A program made the position numbers and the translations under genes. Below are positions 1 through 13,394 of a stretch of DNA of 64,000 nucleotides, in pieces. How positions within the stretch are numbered: the stretch's first letter is position 1; every line of letters begins with the position of its first letter. Where the stretch lies: contig JAUCBJ010000144.1 in assembly GCA_032718475.1 (NCBI GenBank), forward strand, positions 1 to 64,000, given 5' to 3'. The DNA comes from Nemertoderma westbladi. Taxonomy: Eukaryota; Animalia; Xenacoelomorpha. The notes beneath the pieces were generated by a model that saw only the letters and a list, made by a program, of their open reading frames with translations, searched no databases and had not been told where the DNA came from.

Positions 1-929
1 GTATATATACAAAAGACAAAACACAATGGTATATATACAAATACAAAACACAAAGGTATATATGCAAAAGACAAAACACAAAGGAATATATACAAAAGAC
101 AAAACACAAAGGTATATATACAAAAGACAAAACACAAAGGTATATATACAAAAGACAAAACACAAAGGTATATATACAAAAGACAAAACACAAAGGTATA
201 TATACAAAAGACAAAACACAATGGTATATATACAAATACAAAACACAAAGGTATATATACAAAAGACAAAACACAAAGGTATATATACAAAAGACAAAAC
301 ACAAAGGTATATATACAAAAGACAAAGCACAAAGGTATATATACAAAAGACAAAACACAAAGGTATATATACAGCAGACAAAACACAAAGGTATATATAC
401 AAAAGACAAAACACAAAGGTATATATACAAAAGACAAAACACAAAGGTATATATACAAAAGACAAAACACAATGGTATATATACAAATACAAAACACAAA
501 GGTATATATGCAAAAGACAAAACACAAAGGAATATATACAAAAGACAAAACACAAAGGTATATATACAAAAGACAAAACACAAAGGTATATATACAAAAG
601 ACAAAACACAAAGGTATATATACAAAAGACAAAACACAAAGGTATATATACAAAAGACAAAACACAAAGGTATATATACAAAAGACAAAACACAAAGGTA
701 TATATACAAAAGACAAAACACAAAGGTATATATACAATAGACAAAACACAAAGGTATATATACAAAAGACAAAACACAAAGGTATATATACAAAAGACAA
801 AACACAAAGGTATATATACAAAAGACAAAACACAATGGTATATATACAAAAGACAAAACACAAAGGTAAATATACAAAAGACAAAAAACAAAGGTATATA
901 TACAAAAGACAAAACACAAAGGTATATAT
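1..929. repeat. 28-bp tandem satellite (GGTATATATACAAAAGACAAAACACAAA)n, left part; runs off window start
   Basis: Near-perfect head-to-tail units; the 28-aa periodicity of the ORF translations equals 3 x 28 nt. Confidence 0.97.
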
Positions 930-2936
930 GGCTCATTCCAAAGTAAAGTACGGGACATTCGTACACAATTTTGAACTTTGATTGCCTGTACAATGTTATC
1001 CACAGCACATATGTGCACAAAATTTTGCTTGGATTGAACTTTCGAATATCAGCTTTGATTTCGCGAAGATTATGGCGTGACTTAGTCACTTTTGAGAAAA
1101 CACCAGCTTGTCCAATCAAGGTAAAGTACGGATTCGTACGAAATGGTTTTTTTTATTTTATGATTTTAATTCTAAAATTTAGCGAATTGTGCGCAGGTAC
1201 AGTGTTGAGTTGATGTTTAGGATAAAGCTGTATTATTAAGCTTAAATAAAAATATAAATATAAGACGAATTGCTGCATTGCTAATTTTTTACAGTGTTGT
1301 TTGTGTGGTAAAGTATGGGACATTGCTAAGTAAAGTACGGGACCTGTACGAATTTTATGGTCAAAATGGTCTCTTACACTTAACCTAACAGTAATTTCTG
1401 GATAATTAGTGATAATAAAGTGCAACTAAGTATTTCCAACCAAGATATGGAAACAAAATGTGGGGCGGCCCACAAATTGACCCGAAGTCTAAGCATATGT
1501 GCCCTTGAGGAGTTGTATGTCATCTGTCAAATTTTTGATCGCTAATACTGTATAACTCGGTCATTTTTAGATGAAATTAAACCAAACCTGGTACGTATGA
1601 AGTCTGTCAAACGTTTGGAAAGAATCTGAAGTTTAAGGAATTAAAGGTCACATATCAGACAGTCTGTCTGTTGGTACCGATAGTTTCAAAATTTTGATAA
1701 AACCGAAATAAGTCCGCCAATCATTGATGAAATATAACCAAACTTGGTACACATGTAGTCTGTAAAAAGTTTAGAAATTCTTTCCATTTTTCTTAAAATG
1801 TATCAATTACTCTACTTGCCGACCTTATCTGCTAAAAAACTTAATTTTTTTTAATTTGTTGTAAAGTACGGGACTTTACATGCATAAACTCAAAGATTAG
1901 TTAACTGATGAATGATTCTTAGTTCAAATACATACTTCTATGCTTCCCCCTACTATCACCCTAAAGCATTATAACACTCCTGCCCTCCAGGTTTCATATA
2001 TTACATTAATACAGTGCACTAAAATGTAATCGCCATTATAATGGTAAAGTATGGAACAATTTTCAATTGGCCGTCATGATGTTTCTGAGGGAGTAGATTA
2101 TGAAACTACAGGTAATTGTTTCTTAAGATGACGCAACACAAACGTTCTTTGCATTCCACTGGGTGATTGGGCTGAGTTAGACTACTATGTGTATAAATTA
2201 AAAATTTCACTAATTTTTGGTAAAGTATGGGACTTTACATGCATAAACCCAAAGATTTCTTGACTGAGGAATGATTCTCAGTTCAAATATAGACTCCTAT
2301 TCTTACGGCCGACTATGACCTTATAGTATTATATCACTCATGGCTTCACATATTACATTAATACAGTGCACTAATATAATCGCCATTTTAATGGTAAAGT
2401 ATGGGACAATTTTCAATTGGCCGCCATGATATTTCTGAGGGAGTGAAGATGAAACTAATTGTTTTATACGATGACGCAACACAAACGTGCTTTGCATTCC
2501 ACTGGGTGATTAGGCCTGGTTACATCTCTGTGAATAAACTCAAAATTTCACTATTTTAGGTAAAGTATGGGACATCACAAGATTAACTTTATCGATTTCA
2601 TTACAGAGGAATGAAACACTGGTAAAATTAAATGAAACCAAAAAAATTCGAAAATGGGTTTGTTTTTGATTTGGTACATGCTCAGAAATGTTAATTTATT
2701 GGTCATAGGAAGTGCCTACAGGAAACGAAACTTTTGCACACTTTTATTCACATTGTGTGCAGAGCAGGTGCATAATTTGTAATTCGACTATTTTTGATAA
2801 ACCACCTGTGTTGATACAATTTTTAGCACTGAATTCATGAAGTACGATAAATTTTGACCTAAAATAAGTATAAATTCAAAGCTACATCTCATTTTTAGAA
2901 ATTAGTGGGGAGGTTGACCTTTTCATGGAATGAGCC
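930..2936. mobile_element. Non-autonomous TIR DNA transposon inserted in the satellite, 4-bp TSD ATAT (Sola1-like target; superfamily not certain)
   Basis: TIRs GGCTCATTCCA (930-940) / TGGAATGAGCC (2926-2936). Removing the element and one ATAT restores a satellite unit. About 9 internal GTAAAGTAYGGGAC motifs and an internal ~350-bp duplication; no transposase ORF. Confidence 0.85.
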
Positions 2937-3920
2937 ATATACAACAGACAAAACACATAGGTATATATACAACAGACAAAACACAAAGGTATATATACAA
3001 AAGACAAAACACAAAGGTATATATACAAAAGACAAAACACAAAGGTATATATACAAAAGACAAAACACAAAGGTATATATACAAAAGACAAAACACAAAG
3101 GTATATATACAAAAGACAAAACACAAAGGTATATATACAACAGACAAAACACAAAGGTATATATACAAAAGACAAAACACAAAGGTATATATACAAAAGA
3201 CAAAACACAAAGGTATATATACAAAAGACAAAACACAAAGGTATATATACAAAAGACAAAACACAAAGGTATATATACAAAAGACAAAACACAATGGTAT
3301 ATATACAAATACAAAACACAAAGGTATATATACAAAAGACAAAACACAAAGGTATATATACAAAAGACAAAACACAAAGGTATATATACAAAAGACAAAA
3401 CACAAAGGTATATATACAAAAGACAAAACACAAAGGTATATATACAAAAGACAAAACACAAAGGTATATATACAAAAGACAAAACACAAAGGTATATATA
3501 CAACAGACAAAACACAAAGGTATATATACAAAAGACAAAACACAAAGGTATATATAGAAAGACAAAACACAAAGGTATATATACAAAAGACAAAACACAA
3601 AGGTATATATACAAAAGACAAAACACAAAGGTATATATACAACAGACAAAACACAAAGGTATATATACAAAAGACAAAACACAAAGGTATATATACAAAA
3701 GACAAAACACGAAGGTACAGTATATATACAAAAGACAAAACACAAAGGTATATATACAAAAGACAAAACACAAAGGTATATATACAAAAGACAAAACACA
3801 AAGGTATATATACAAAAGACAAAACACGAAAGTACAGTATATATACAAAAGACAAAACACAAAGGTATATATACAAAAGACAACACACAAAAGTATATAT
3901 ACAAAAGACAAAACCAAAGT
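2937..3920. repeat. 28-bp tandem satellite, right part
   Basis: Same unit as 1-929, degenerating at the right edge. Confidence 0.97.
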
Positions 3921-5137
3921 ACAATTAGTTATACAGTAGCACAAAGTCGTATTACTGAGAACCCGGCAACACTCCGTCGTGATGGGGTTGCACTGCCATA
4001 ACTGCCATATTAAATTACACATTTCTGAGACAAGAGCAGAGAGAATAAATTAAAAGAAGATAGCATCCATACAAATAATCACATATGTGGGGCGCAGCAA
4101 TGAAAATTCATCCCTCTCCAGGGGAAATCGACGCCAATAAACTATAACCTGTTTTATTGATTTTCGTTTTGGTTTGGTTAGAATACCAATGTAACTTGCT
4201 CCTTTCCCTTAATGGAGACGAGATATTAATCCACCGAGATAGGATTTGTGTTCATTTTTCCCCCTCTATGCAAATAAGTCAGGTTCGAGTTGCCTGAAAA
4301 TATCAGCTACAGTATGTTATGGTTCATTACTATAAAATACTCCACAGTTCTATATTGTAGGGGGAGGAAATATTTATCCTCCAAAGACATATATTGTGTC
4401 GAGTTTCGTACAGTAGCACATACTGCACCGCACCGGTGTGCTCCACAATATTACAAATTGTAGTTGGAAAATTACAAAATCAATATTGGTATTTTAACCC
4501 AGCGGGATATTTTTTATCCATTGTATAGTAATGTAGCAGTGCTGTACTGTGTAACTACAGTAGGGAATACTTCCACACATGTTTTCAAACAGCTTTATAA
4601 AGATACGGCATAGATACTCGTCATCACATAGGTCTTACATTTGGTATGTTTTCAATGTACCGTTATTGCTTATTGGTGTATAGTTAAGGTACATTTTTAC
4701 CTTTTATCATAGTAGTAAAACAATAAAGTATAACTTTTTTCACCCTTCTCGAGGTATTATATTTACCGAGCGCCAGTTAATAAAGGGTAGAGATAATTTT
4801 GAAACTAAAATGGTCTACTTCCTGTATTGGTTTAAAAGAAGAATGAAATAGCGTTACAAAAGAAATTTAATATCAGTATTTTTACTATATTGCTTCCATA
4901 GTTACGCCTACTGTAATTCCAACTATTGTACTCTTCAACTCCTAATTCTGCCTTACTACACGTTAAATGATTTAAAGTAACTTTTACATAAACCAATATG
5001 GGATATTGAGTTATGATTTTGAAGACGCCTTTCAGTTGCAGACTGCAAAGTCTAAAGTTGCAATACCTGTTAACTTATGGCTATGCCAGCTTACACCACC
5101 ATGCAATACACAATTGGCAAGCCCAATGCAGCGTACA

Positions 5138-5640
5138 TTAAGAATGCTATGCCGGCTTATCAACAAAGTTGCACCGCCACAACTCCCTATCCCCATGGCT
5201 TTCGCGAGATTTTCTGCATCTAAAATGCCAGTGTCTTTTAAGAGGCATCTCAAGAAAGTCATGGGCTGTCCACCATGCTTATTTTTCCATGGGGCTGTGG
5301 CTGCCAAAACAATAGATTGTGAACTGGCTGGTCCTCGCGGCGAAAGCAATGTCCTGCAAAGCGGAGGAGGCTTCATTCTAGTGGCAAGCTTGGGGGAACC
5401 CATGAGACATCTTCAATGCTATATAGTGTCTGGTTGGTGATATGTGCATTGTACTTGACACAATGAACCCGACGTAGCATTCTTGTGAATTTGCCATCCA
5501 GAGATTTGGTGTCCTCGGCAGTTAGAGCCTTAAATGGAGTCCCATAGAGAAGTACTGGAACTACTGCTGCTCTAAATAATCGGACCTTAAGTTTCCGATG
5601 AATTCTGTGAGACTCCCATATCCTGGAAAGCCCATACAAT
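5138..5640 (-). mobile_element. 3' fragment of RTE-like non-LTR retrotransposon, frameshifted
   Basis: Translates to LKVRLFRAAVVPVLLYG...SLDGKFTRMLRRV; homologous to 23440-24356 and to 49559-49742/62817-63012. Confidence 0.8.
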
Positions 5641-6553
5641 GCTGCATCCTTGCTGTTGGCGGGAACCAAGCTCTTTGATGTGCTGATTGCTACAGTACCG
5701 GTGCAACAACACAGTATAGGAATGTGAAACTCAAATTTGGCAATACTGGGTAGTACAGTGGCCCGGGTGACGAAAATGTTTTTTTGAAAAGTTTTTTGAA
5801 ATTATTAGCTTATTTGACATTGACAGAGGAAATAAATGTTTCAATTTTTGAATAAAATATAAGAAATTCCACCAAAAATATTTTCACATTTTATTTTTTT
5901 TTGCTGGGTAAAAATAAAATCATTGCCACCCTTCGGGAAAATATTCTACCCGGATATTAGGCCTATTCATATTAAATGTCGGTAAATGTGTGAATATGGC
6001 GGTCTGGAATTCCCCGAAGGAACAGCGTGTTGAAAATGTTATGTTGCTAATTTGCTATTGTTTTAGGTTGAATACAGTATTTAGATATTTCTTTCTGAAT
6101 TCCAACATACAGTAATTTGTAAATTTGTAAAAATGATCAAGATTTGAGATTAGAGTATATTCCCTCAACGGTAGGCCTACAACAGTAAGCGTACAGAAAG
6201 TTAAATTACGCTTAAGGGAGGTACTGCCAACTCGTGCAAACGCAATACAGAATTGAATTTCTGCCAATTAATAATAGCGGCAGAAAGTGCTTCTTTCCGA
6301 TATTATCTTCATATCGAAGAACATTACTTTATTCGACAAAATCGTTTGACTTATTCTTGTGTATCTTCTTAACCCTTCTGCTTTTTTTATTACTTTAAAT
6401 TTGTCTTACATACGTTCAACCCTCATGCAGTTACACAATGGGTTAAATATATTTACCTAAAAGTATATTTCATACTTTATCTATATTTAATACATATTAT
6501 TTGTATACTTTTGTATACAAAATACATACTTGTATTATTTAAATGAATGCATT

Positions 6554-8323
6554 ATGTCAAGTTCTAAACCCGAAGTACTAGTCTCACCTGTACACACCAG
6601 GGAACTTCCTTTATCAAAAAGCAGACTAAGTAGGCCAAGAATAGAACCCTATCACCATGGACCAATTGGAGACCTGCTCAAAAGGGCCTACTATAAATAC
6701 AAACACAATACCGCCTATATGTTCCACGAGACCAACGAAGAGATCACCTTTGGCACATTGTACCAGGAGGCAACTCAATTTGCCGCCGGATTACTGGAGC
6801 TGGGGTTGGGAAGTGGCGAACGGATTGCCATATTATCCGGGAATTCGTTGCGATGGTTGATTACATTCTGGGGTGGGGCTATCGCAGGCCTCACTGTCGT
6901 CCCTATTGACATTATGACGAACGCCAATGATCTGGCCAAAGGATTAGAGAAAATTGGAGCGAGTGCCTTGGTTACAGCCGCCGCATGGGGGCGTGATGAT
7001 TTGTATTTAAAAATTATGAGTATCTGTCCTGGAATCGAAAAATTGCCTAAGGGAGTTTTCAAATGCGATAAATTACCTGAATTGAGAAACATCATTTTTA
7101 TGGACGACAGAAAGCGACCGGGTACTTTAACATGGAAAGATGTTAATCTTCTGGGAACCAATAGAAGTGCTAAGGTGGATGTGGAGGTAAATCTACACCA
7201 CCCGGCGATGCTGTTGTTTACAAGTGGGACAACTGGCCATGCAAAAGCTGTTAAAATCTCCCATTTTTCGTTAACCAATACCATTTTCGAAAGAAAGAAA
7301 AATCCTGATTCCGAAGATATTTCTGTTAGTCTTATTGAGGCTCCGTTCTTCGGGGTAATGTTCATCGGGTCGGGACTTATTTATCCCGTGGTGCACGGCG
7401 AAACGATATGCGTCGCGTCAGGCTACCGCGATCCCATCAAAATTTGTGAAGCGATCGAAAAATACCAAGTGACACATCTGAACTGCGGTACACTATCGTT
7501 GATGGCGCTGCTTGACAATAAAGTCAAGTTTAATTTTGCTTCTCTTATCGACATAGTTGTAGCGGGAATGCCGGTTGCTTACGTTCTGTGCAAGAAAGTG
7601 GAATCCGCCTTGCCGAACGTTAAGGTGCGACATATGTATGGACTGACAGAAACATCATTAATAGCTCTCGGGAATATTGATGACACCGAAGAAATGAGGT
7701 TTGCCAACGAGGGTATACCTGCTGTTGGTGTGGAAGTGAAAATAACCAACGAAAAAGATGAAATTGTCGACATTAATGAATTAGGCGAAATTAAAATTAA
7801 GAGTGAACTCATTACAAAGGGTTACTGGAACGATATTGAAAACACGAAAAAAATGGTATCGGAAGATGGGTGGCTCAACACAGAAGACTTCGGCCACATG
7901 GACATCAACGGGTACATCACGGTTCTCGGTCGATGTAAAGATATGATTAAAAACGAGAAACTGAAAGTCAACATAATACCCAGCCAAGTGGAGGCGGCAC
8001 TGTGGACAAATCCCAAGGTTTACGAAAGTAGCGTGTTCGGTATCTACGACAAAGCGCGATCCATGGAAAGTGTAGCAGCAGCTATCATATTGTTCCCGGG
8101 AAGGGAAAGTTCAGAAGCGGAGATTATACATTTCCTAAAAGCAATCATCTCGGAATACAAAATTCCAGATTTCGTCTTCTTCGTAAAAGAATTCCCTAAA
8201 ACGGCGACGGGCAAAGTGAAAGTAAATGTTTTACGAGCAATGTTGCTAAACACTGAACAGCTGACGCTATCCCCAGTAAAATTATTTATGTGCTGGGAGA
8301 ATTGTTCCTGTGTTATATTATGA
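6554..8323 (+). CDS. Intronless acyl-CoA synthetase / AMP-binding enzyme (ACSF2-like), ~589 aa, C-terminal CaaX-like CVIL
   Basis: Adenylate-forming motifs LFTSGTTGHAK, YGLTE, GWLNTED, GRCKDMI, PKTATGKV; first in-frame ATG at 6554 (the ORF track starts at a TTG at 6530). Confidence 0.9.
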   Translation: MSSSKPEVLVSPVHTRELPLSKSRLSRPRIEPYHHGPIGDLLKRAYYKYKHNTAYMFHETNEEITFGTLYQEATQFAAGLLELGLGSGERIAILSGNSLRWLITFWGGAIAGLTVVPIDIMTNANDLAKGLEKIGASALVTAAAWGRDDLYLKIMSICPGIEKLPKGVFKCDKLPELRNIIFMDDRKRPGTLTWKDVNLLGTNRSAKVDVEVNLHHPAMLLFTSGTTGHAKAVKISHFSLTNTIFERKKNPDSEDISVSLIEAPFFGVMFIGSGLIYPVVHGETICVASGYRDPIKICEAIEKYQVTHLNCGTLSLMALLDNKVKFNFASLIDIVVAGMPVAYVLCKKVESALPNVKVRHMYGLTETSLIALGNIDDTEEMRFANEGIPAVGVEVKITNEKDEIVDINELGEIKIKSELITKGYWNDIENTKKMVSEDGWLNTEDFGHMDINGYITVLGRCKDMIKNEKLKVNIIPSQVEAALWTNPKVYESSVFGIYDKARSMESVAAAIILFPGRESSEAEIIHFLKAIISEYKIPDFVFFVKEFPKTATGKVKVNVLRAMLLNTEQLTLSPVKLFMCWENCSCVIL

Positions 8324-9099
8324 GCTAATCATTATTAACAATACTTCGTTTTTCAATATTTTGATTTCTAATGGATGTCTTACTAGTTCGACAGTTACGT
8401 AAAAGACCAACCCTACCAAGCAAAAGCAATCAAAACGGTACTATTTAGATTGCGTAATATATAAACGGCTTACCAATTACTGGTATTGCTAACTACACTA
8501 CTTAACTAAATGGCAATCTAACACCAATAACGATACCGTTGGTACGGTATTGATATTATTACCTTTATATATTTCTGACATTGCCCTAAACTCCAGCCCC
8601 ACCCGTAGCAGTGTCCCGTAAATATTAATCGATGGTTCTACAGTGTGATGCTCACCTTTGCCAATGACCCATGCAGTTAGGCCCACGCTGTACGAAACTT
8701 CACTTATAAAACTGCAGTAGTAAACTACAGGTTTGGCTCTACTACAACTGCACTACCTAACATTATGTCAATTTATCATCTCACACAAACAATAATCATT
8801 TGTAAGTCCAATAGTTGCTAGTTGCTTTCCAATAGTTGGTTTTGGGGTTGGAATAATTTTTCTCCTCTCAGTGACATAGATTATTTTCTCAAAATGTAAT
8901 AAATATGCACTTTAGTAAAACATCCATTGTTTTTATGTCGTAACATTCATTATTATTTTATTGGTGATTGGGGTGGTAGTTTGGTAGTGAATATTGTTTG
9001 TAAAGATAAAGACCAGTAAATGGGTAGGCCAAATTAATAATATAATATGCTAATATGGGTGAATCAACATTTTTGAAGATTCTATGTTTTTTCCATTTA

Positions 9100-10830
9100 T
9101 TATAACGCCTACTTTGCCCACAGGAACAATGAATTCCCGGGGACCCAGTACGGAACACTCAATCCATTAGTGGGGAACGAGAACCTCGACCTGGTAGGTA
9201 ACATGGCCCATAACCATGACCCATAATGGAGCATCAATACAAGGCCAGGACCTAGCAAGGAACAATCAATAGATGGCCCAGTGCGGAACAGTTAATTCAT
9301 GATGAAGGGGGACAAATCAATCCACGGAAAAAGACCCATTACGGTATAATAAATTCTTTACAAAGCCGCGGGAACAATCAATCCATGACACAGGATGAAT
9401 CAATCAATCCATGATCCAGCAGTTAATAATCTATTTATAAGAACATTGGTAAGGTATAAAATAGGTATAAAACCATTGACTGACCATTGGTTTTGCAGCT
9501 CATCTGCCGGGCTACTCCTTGTACCGCTGCTGCCAAGTGCAGGTTGCAGTGAGTGATCTCGAATGGGAAAGGAGAGTGCTCTACTCCTGGCCTGCCATTA
9601 GTAGATATAGATTACCATCTTCCTGATCAGGCCAAGCAGCCACTGGTCCGAGGTCTATGTAACCAAGGCCTTAAAGATACCCTAAAGGTGTTGGAAACTT
9701 ATTGGTAAAATATACTATCAATCTATATTCAGCATGCTTTATCAACAAAATTGCAAAAAAATACAACCCCCCAACACCCATGTTCTCGCGATATTATCCG
9801 CATCTTCAAGGCCAATGCCTTTTGCCAAAACAAGACGATGATCACTGGAGAAGGAGTGAACTACCGGGGCGGTCTGTCACTGTAATTAAGTCAAAATACT
9901 TTGTGCATAATCCCTGATCTAAGGGCCTAAATAAACTTTACAATTACAGTGTTTACAATTCTTTCAATGGTCTGAATTTTGGTTAACAGTATTGCTGCAG
10001 ACACAAGCCGATGCTGATTATTGATGCAAAATGGTATTAAAATCTCGCAAGGAAGTTGGGAATGTATTCTGATAAACTCCATGACAATCCATAGCTGCTT
10101 GTAGATGATTGTTTCCACAGCACAGGTCAGAATCACCTTTTAGGAAACTAAAAGGTACAGTCTTACAAAACGTGTGAAATAGCAACGGATGATGCGATTG
10201 GTCTCTTTTTTCCGAAGTTGCCTGTGCAGTTAGAATCATCAATAGACAATTCCTCCATTACCATTAGGCCATAGTATCAACGACTGAGCTGAGGCAAGTT
10301 CCTTAATCAGAACCGCATCGATCTGCATCCTGTGTTGTTGAACTCCCACTCGCTAAAACGAAACCATGCCTATGGGCTCGCCTTGTCGGACTGCAGTTCG
10401 AGGGTAACTGGGGTTAGTCGAGTGACTTGAATAGGTTTACGATCTAATCACTGATATAAAAAGTTTTAAAAACGAATCACTCGACAACAAATTAAGTATA
10501 TATAAATCCTTTACTCTCTCAACATTTGTGATTTACACACCATAAGTTGGAGGACACAAGGGGAGTTGAGAGGGTGGGGGTGTGTAGGAGTGTACGGGAT
10601 GATCAATCCATGGCTCAGAGGGTAACAAATCAATCATTAACAAAGCGAGGTAAAATCAATCAATGGCCCAAAAGATAACAATCAATCCACGATACAGCAG
10701 GGTAAATCAATCCATGGCCCGGGACCCAACAAGGAACAAGCAATCCATGATCCAACAGGGAGCACCCAATCCCTGTTCCAGCAGGGAACACCCAATCCCT
10801 GTTCCAGCAGGGAACATGCCGCAACGGACA
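9100..10830. repeat. Two clusters (about 9100-9425 and 10600-10830) of degenerate ~30-bp repeats with core AACAATCAATCCATGG
   Basis: Recurrent CAATCAATCCAT/CAATCCATGG motifs separated by about 1.2 kb of unrelated sequence. Confidence 0.6.
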
Positions 10831-10983
10831 ATGCCAATGGCTATTAACAAATGCAACTTGGGAATGATAAAACAACTCAAAAAGATAAATTCTGGGTCAC
10901 CTTATGAATCTTTACAATGACAATATTCTTAAAAAAAGATATTAACAAACTGTGATATTAAATTTAAGATACACGGTGATAAA

Positions 10984-11270
10984 TTATTTAGTTAGTATGC
11001 AGGGCTCCATTCCCACGGTGACCCCAGCACCAGATCTCCCACTGCACATACTGTAATGCTCCGACCATTGGTTCGTTTTGGGGTCGTAGACTTCGACAGA
11101 GGACAGGAAATCGTGACCATCGTAGCCCCCCAGTACGAAGAGTTTACCCTGTATCTCAGCGACGCCCAATGCACTGCGGGGTCGCAACATTGGAGCGACC
11201 GTGGTCCAACTGTCCCTCAGTATATCGTACCGCTCCACAGATCGCAGCTGACTCTGTCCATCGTAGCCCC
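10984..11270 (-). CDS. KEAP1: KEAP1 exon 4 (Kelch 5-6 and C-terminal MEPC, stop)
   Basis: Acceptor CCCGTTAG then G|GG GGC TAC ([16 protein letters not shown]); ends [15 protein letters not shown] as in vertebrate Keap1. Confidence 0.92.
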
Positions 11271-11724
11271 CTAACGGGAGAAATAGGAAATTATTAATTT
11301 CACTATATACAAATAAATATACATGAGTAAAATAATGGCCTTGTAATTAAATGTGTGGTTGAATGCCGAGGCAATCCCAAGGCTCCACTCTCTTATCTAT
11401 AAGACAGGAAAGGCCAGGGCGTCACTCTAACTCGAAAGGTTGAACAGTGCGTAACTCGGTTCTCATTATATACCGTTGGGTTGGCGAAACCACTAACATC
11501 GGTAATTATCTAGCATAGCATAGGGACACAGGGAAACACCATTATTAAATTATTTAAACCGCCTTCACTAGCATTTGAACCTGCGCGCTAATAACTAATG
11601 TAATGCTCTCAGGGACTCCGTGGCTGAGTTCAATTCCATATGATATATTATTAGTAATTTCAATTTCAATTTCAATTGAAATAAGGATAAGGGCTTTGGT
11701 TAAGGAGTAGAAAAAATGTGTAAG

Positions 11725-11815
11725 GGGGTCACTGGGGTTTGAACCAGCGCAATACCTTACCGTTACAGGCTCATGGCTATCGTAGACAGCGCGTTTACAG
11801 GTTCAGCCACTTCCT
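11725..11815 (-). mobile_element. tRNA-derived SINE-like head in KEAP1 intron 3
   Basis: A-box-like GTGGCTGAAC and B-box GGTTCAAACCC on the minus strand; no clean cloverleaf. Confidence 0.4.
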
Positions 11816-12168
11816 TGCTAAATTATATATTTTATATCGAAAGCTGAACTTGTTAGCGCGCTAACTGATGGAGGCACACTGGGTTGAGGGCTATAGCGTT
11901 AGTTCAACCCCCAGTGAAGTCCGTCCATAATTTTTCCAATTATAAACAAAAGCTTGTGAACAAAAACCGATATATTTTAATTATTACAGCTGCATTACGT
12001 TCAACTGAAATTAAATAATTCCCATATTATAGTATATAGATGAAGTTGGTAAGACTAGGAGGAACATTTATAAATATTTGAGCCAATTCGGAATTTACTA
12101 AAAACAAACGAAGTTAAATGATGTTATTGAGTAACACGTTATTGTCGCCGAGTGGTACTAAAGCTCAC

Positions 12169-12564
12169 CTATAACGTATATGGAGTCGGCACTGCAGACG
12201 ACCCCCGAGCCGCTCCTCGCCGTGTGCAGGTCGGCGATCCGGGACCAGGAGTCCTCCTCCGGTACGTAGATCTCGGCGGATCGCAGTCGGTTGACGCCAT
12301 CGAACCCTCCGATCGCGTAGAGTATCCGGTTGTGTACGGCGACCCCGCACCCGATCCGTTTGGACCCCATCCCCGCCACGAAGCTCCACTTCCCCTCGTC
12401 CGTGTCGTAGCGTTCCACGCTGTCTAGTAGCACGGTTCCGTGCGAGCCCCCTACCGCGTACAGCTGTCCGTCCAGCACGGTGAGACCGACGCGGTTCCGT
12501 GGAGAGTTCATAGGGGTCTTCGAGCTCCACAGGTTCTGCAGCGGATCGTAACAATCCAGTGAGG
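12169..12564 (-). CDS. KEAP1: KEAP1 exon 3 (Kelch 2-5)
   Basis: TTTTTAG acceptor and G|GTGAG donor, phase 1 to 1; SLDCYDP, PRNRVG, GGSHG, GGFDGVNRL. Confidence 0.93.
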
Positions 12565-13394
12565 CTAAAAAGTAAAGCAAAATGTCTACTAAGCGGAACA
12601 TAGATATCAGAACATAGTTATAGTAGTGCAGTGCCTTCAAGCCTTCAATATTTTACAATATATTTTTTCACCATTTGGTACATTTTGAGGGGGGGGGGGG
12701 GGGGGGGGGGGCATAGGAATTTCCAAAAAACAATTTGGGCCACCCTAATGCGCCTTCGCACATGTCGTCTTATTGAAATACAAAATTATCAATAAAAACA
12801 AAACGCCATAGACTCCAAAAATTATTTCTTTACCAAATGTTCCCATCAACACATAGAGTATTTGTACCAGGTATCAAATTAAGTAACTGAAAGCAGCAAA
12901 AGTTATTCGAGGTCAAAGTTTTCAAGCTTTCCACCTGCCAAAGAATGTCAATTTTGCCAAGTACCGGTATCTTCATTTTGAGATATTTCTGACACAAACT
13001 GACTTGATTTTCGTAATCAAGGCATCAAAATACCCCTAGGGTGTACCTTATACGATCTTAGACAACATACAAACTGTAATAGAACCAAAACAACAAAACA
13101 TTTGACATGGAATTGCCCTTTATACTTCGGCAGATTTTTATTACAATTATTTTATAAAATAGGCAATTCCAAACTTGTCGCTTAATCCGGGGACAGGTTA
13201 TTCTACACTTATCGATCATTTATTATACAAAATTAATTTATGCCAACTGTTACGAACTACTTTGTTGCGGCAATTTGGTTTAACTTAATTCAAAAAAAGG
13301 CGATAAAACACAACAAAGTTGATTGTGAAACATGTTTCTATGTACCACCCCCCCCCCCCCCCCCCCGCACACATAATGCCGCAGGCAACTATAC

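Noticed and set aside
1-4022. Long ORFs on both strands (YIYKRQNTKV..., CVLSFVYIPL...)
   Set aside because: Artefacts of a stop-free 28-bp satellite; open in all frames.
6554-8323. Luciferase, or a bacterial horizontal transfer
   Set aside because: Motifs are generic to adenylate-forming enzymes, there is no PTS1, and neighbouring host genes are also intron-poor; needs a phylogeny.
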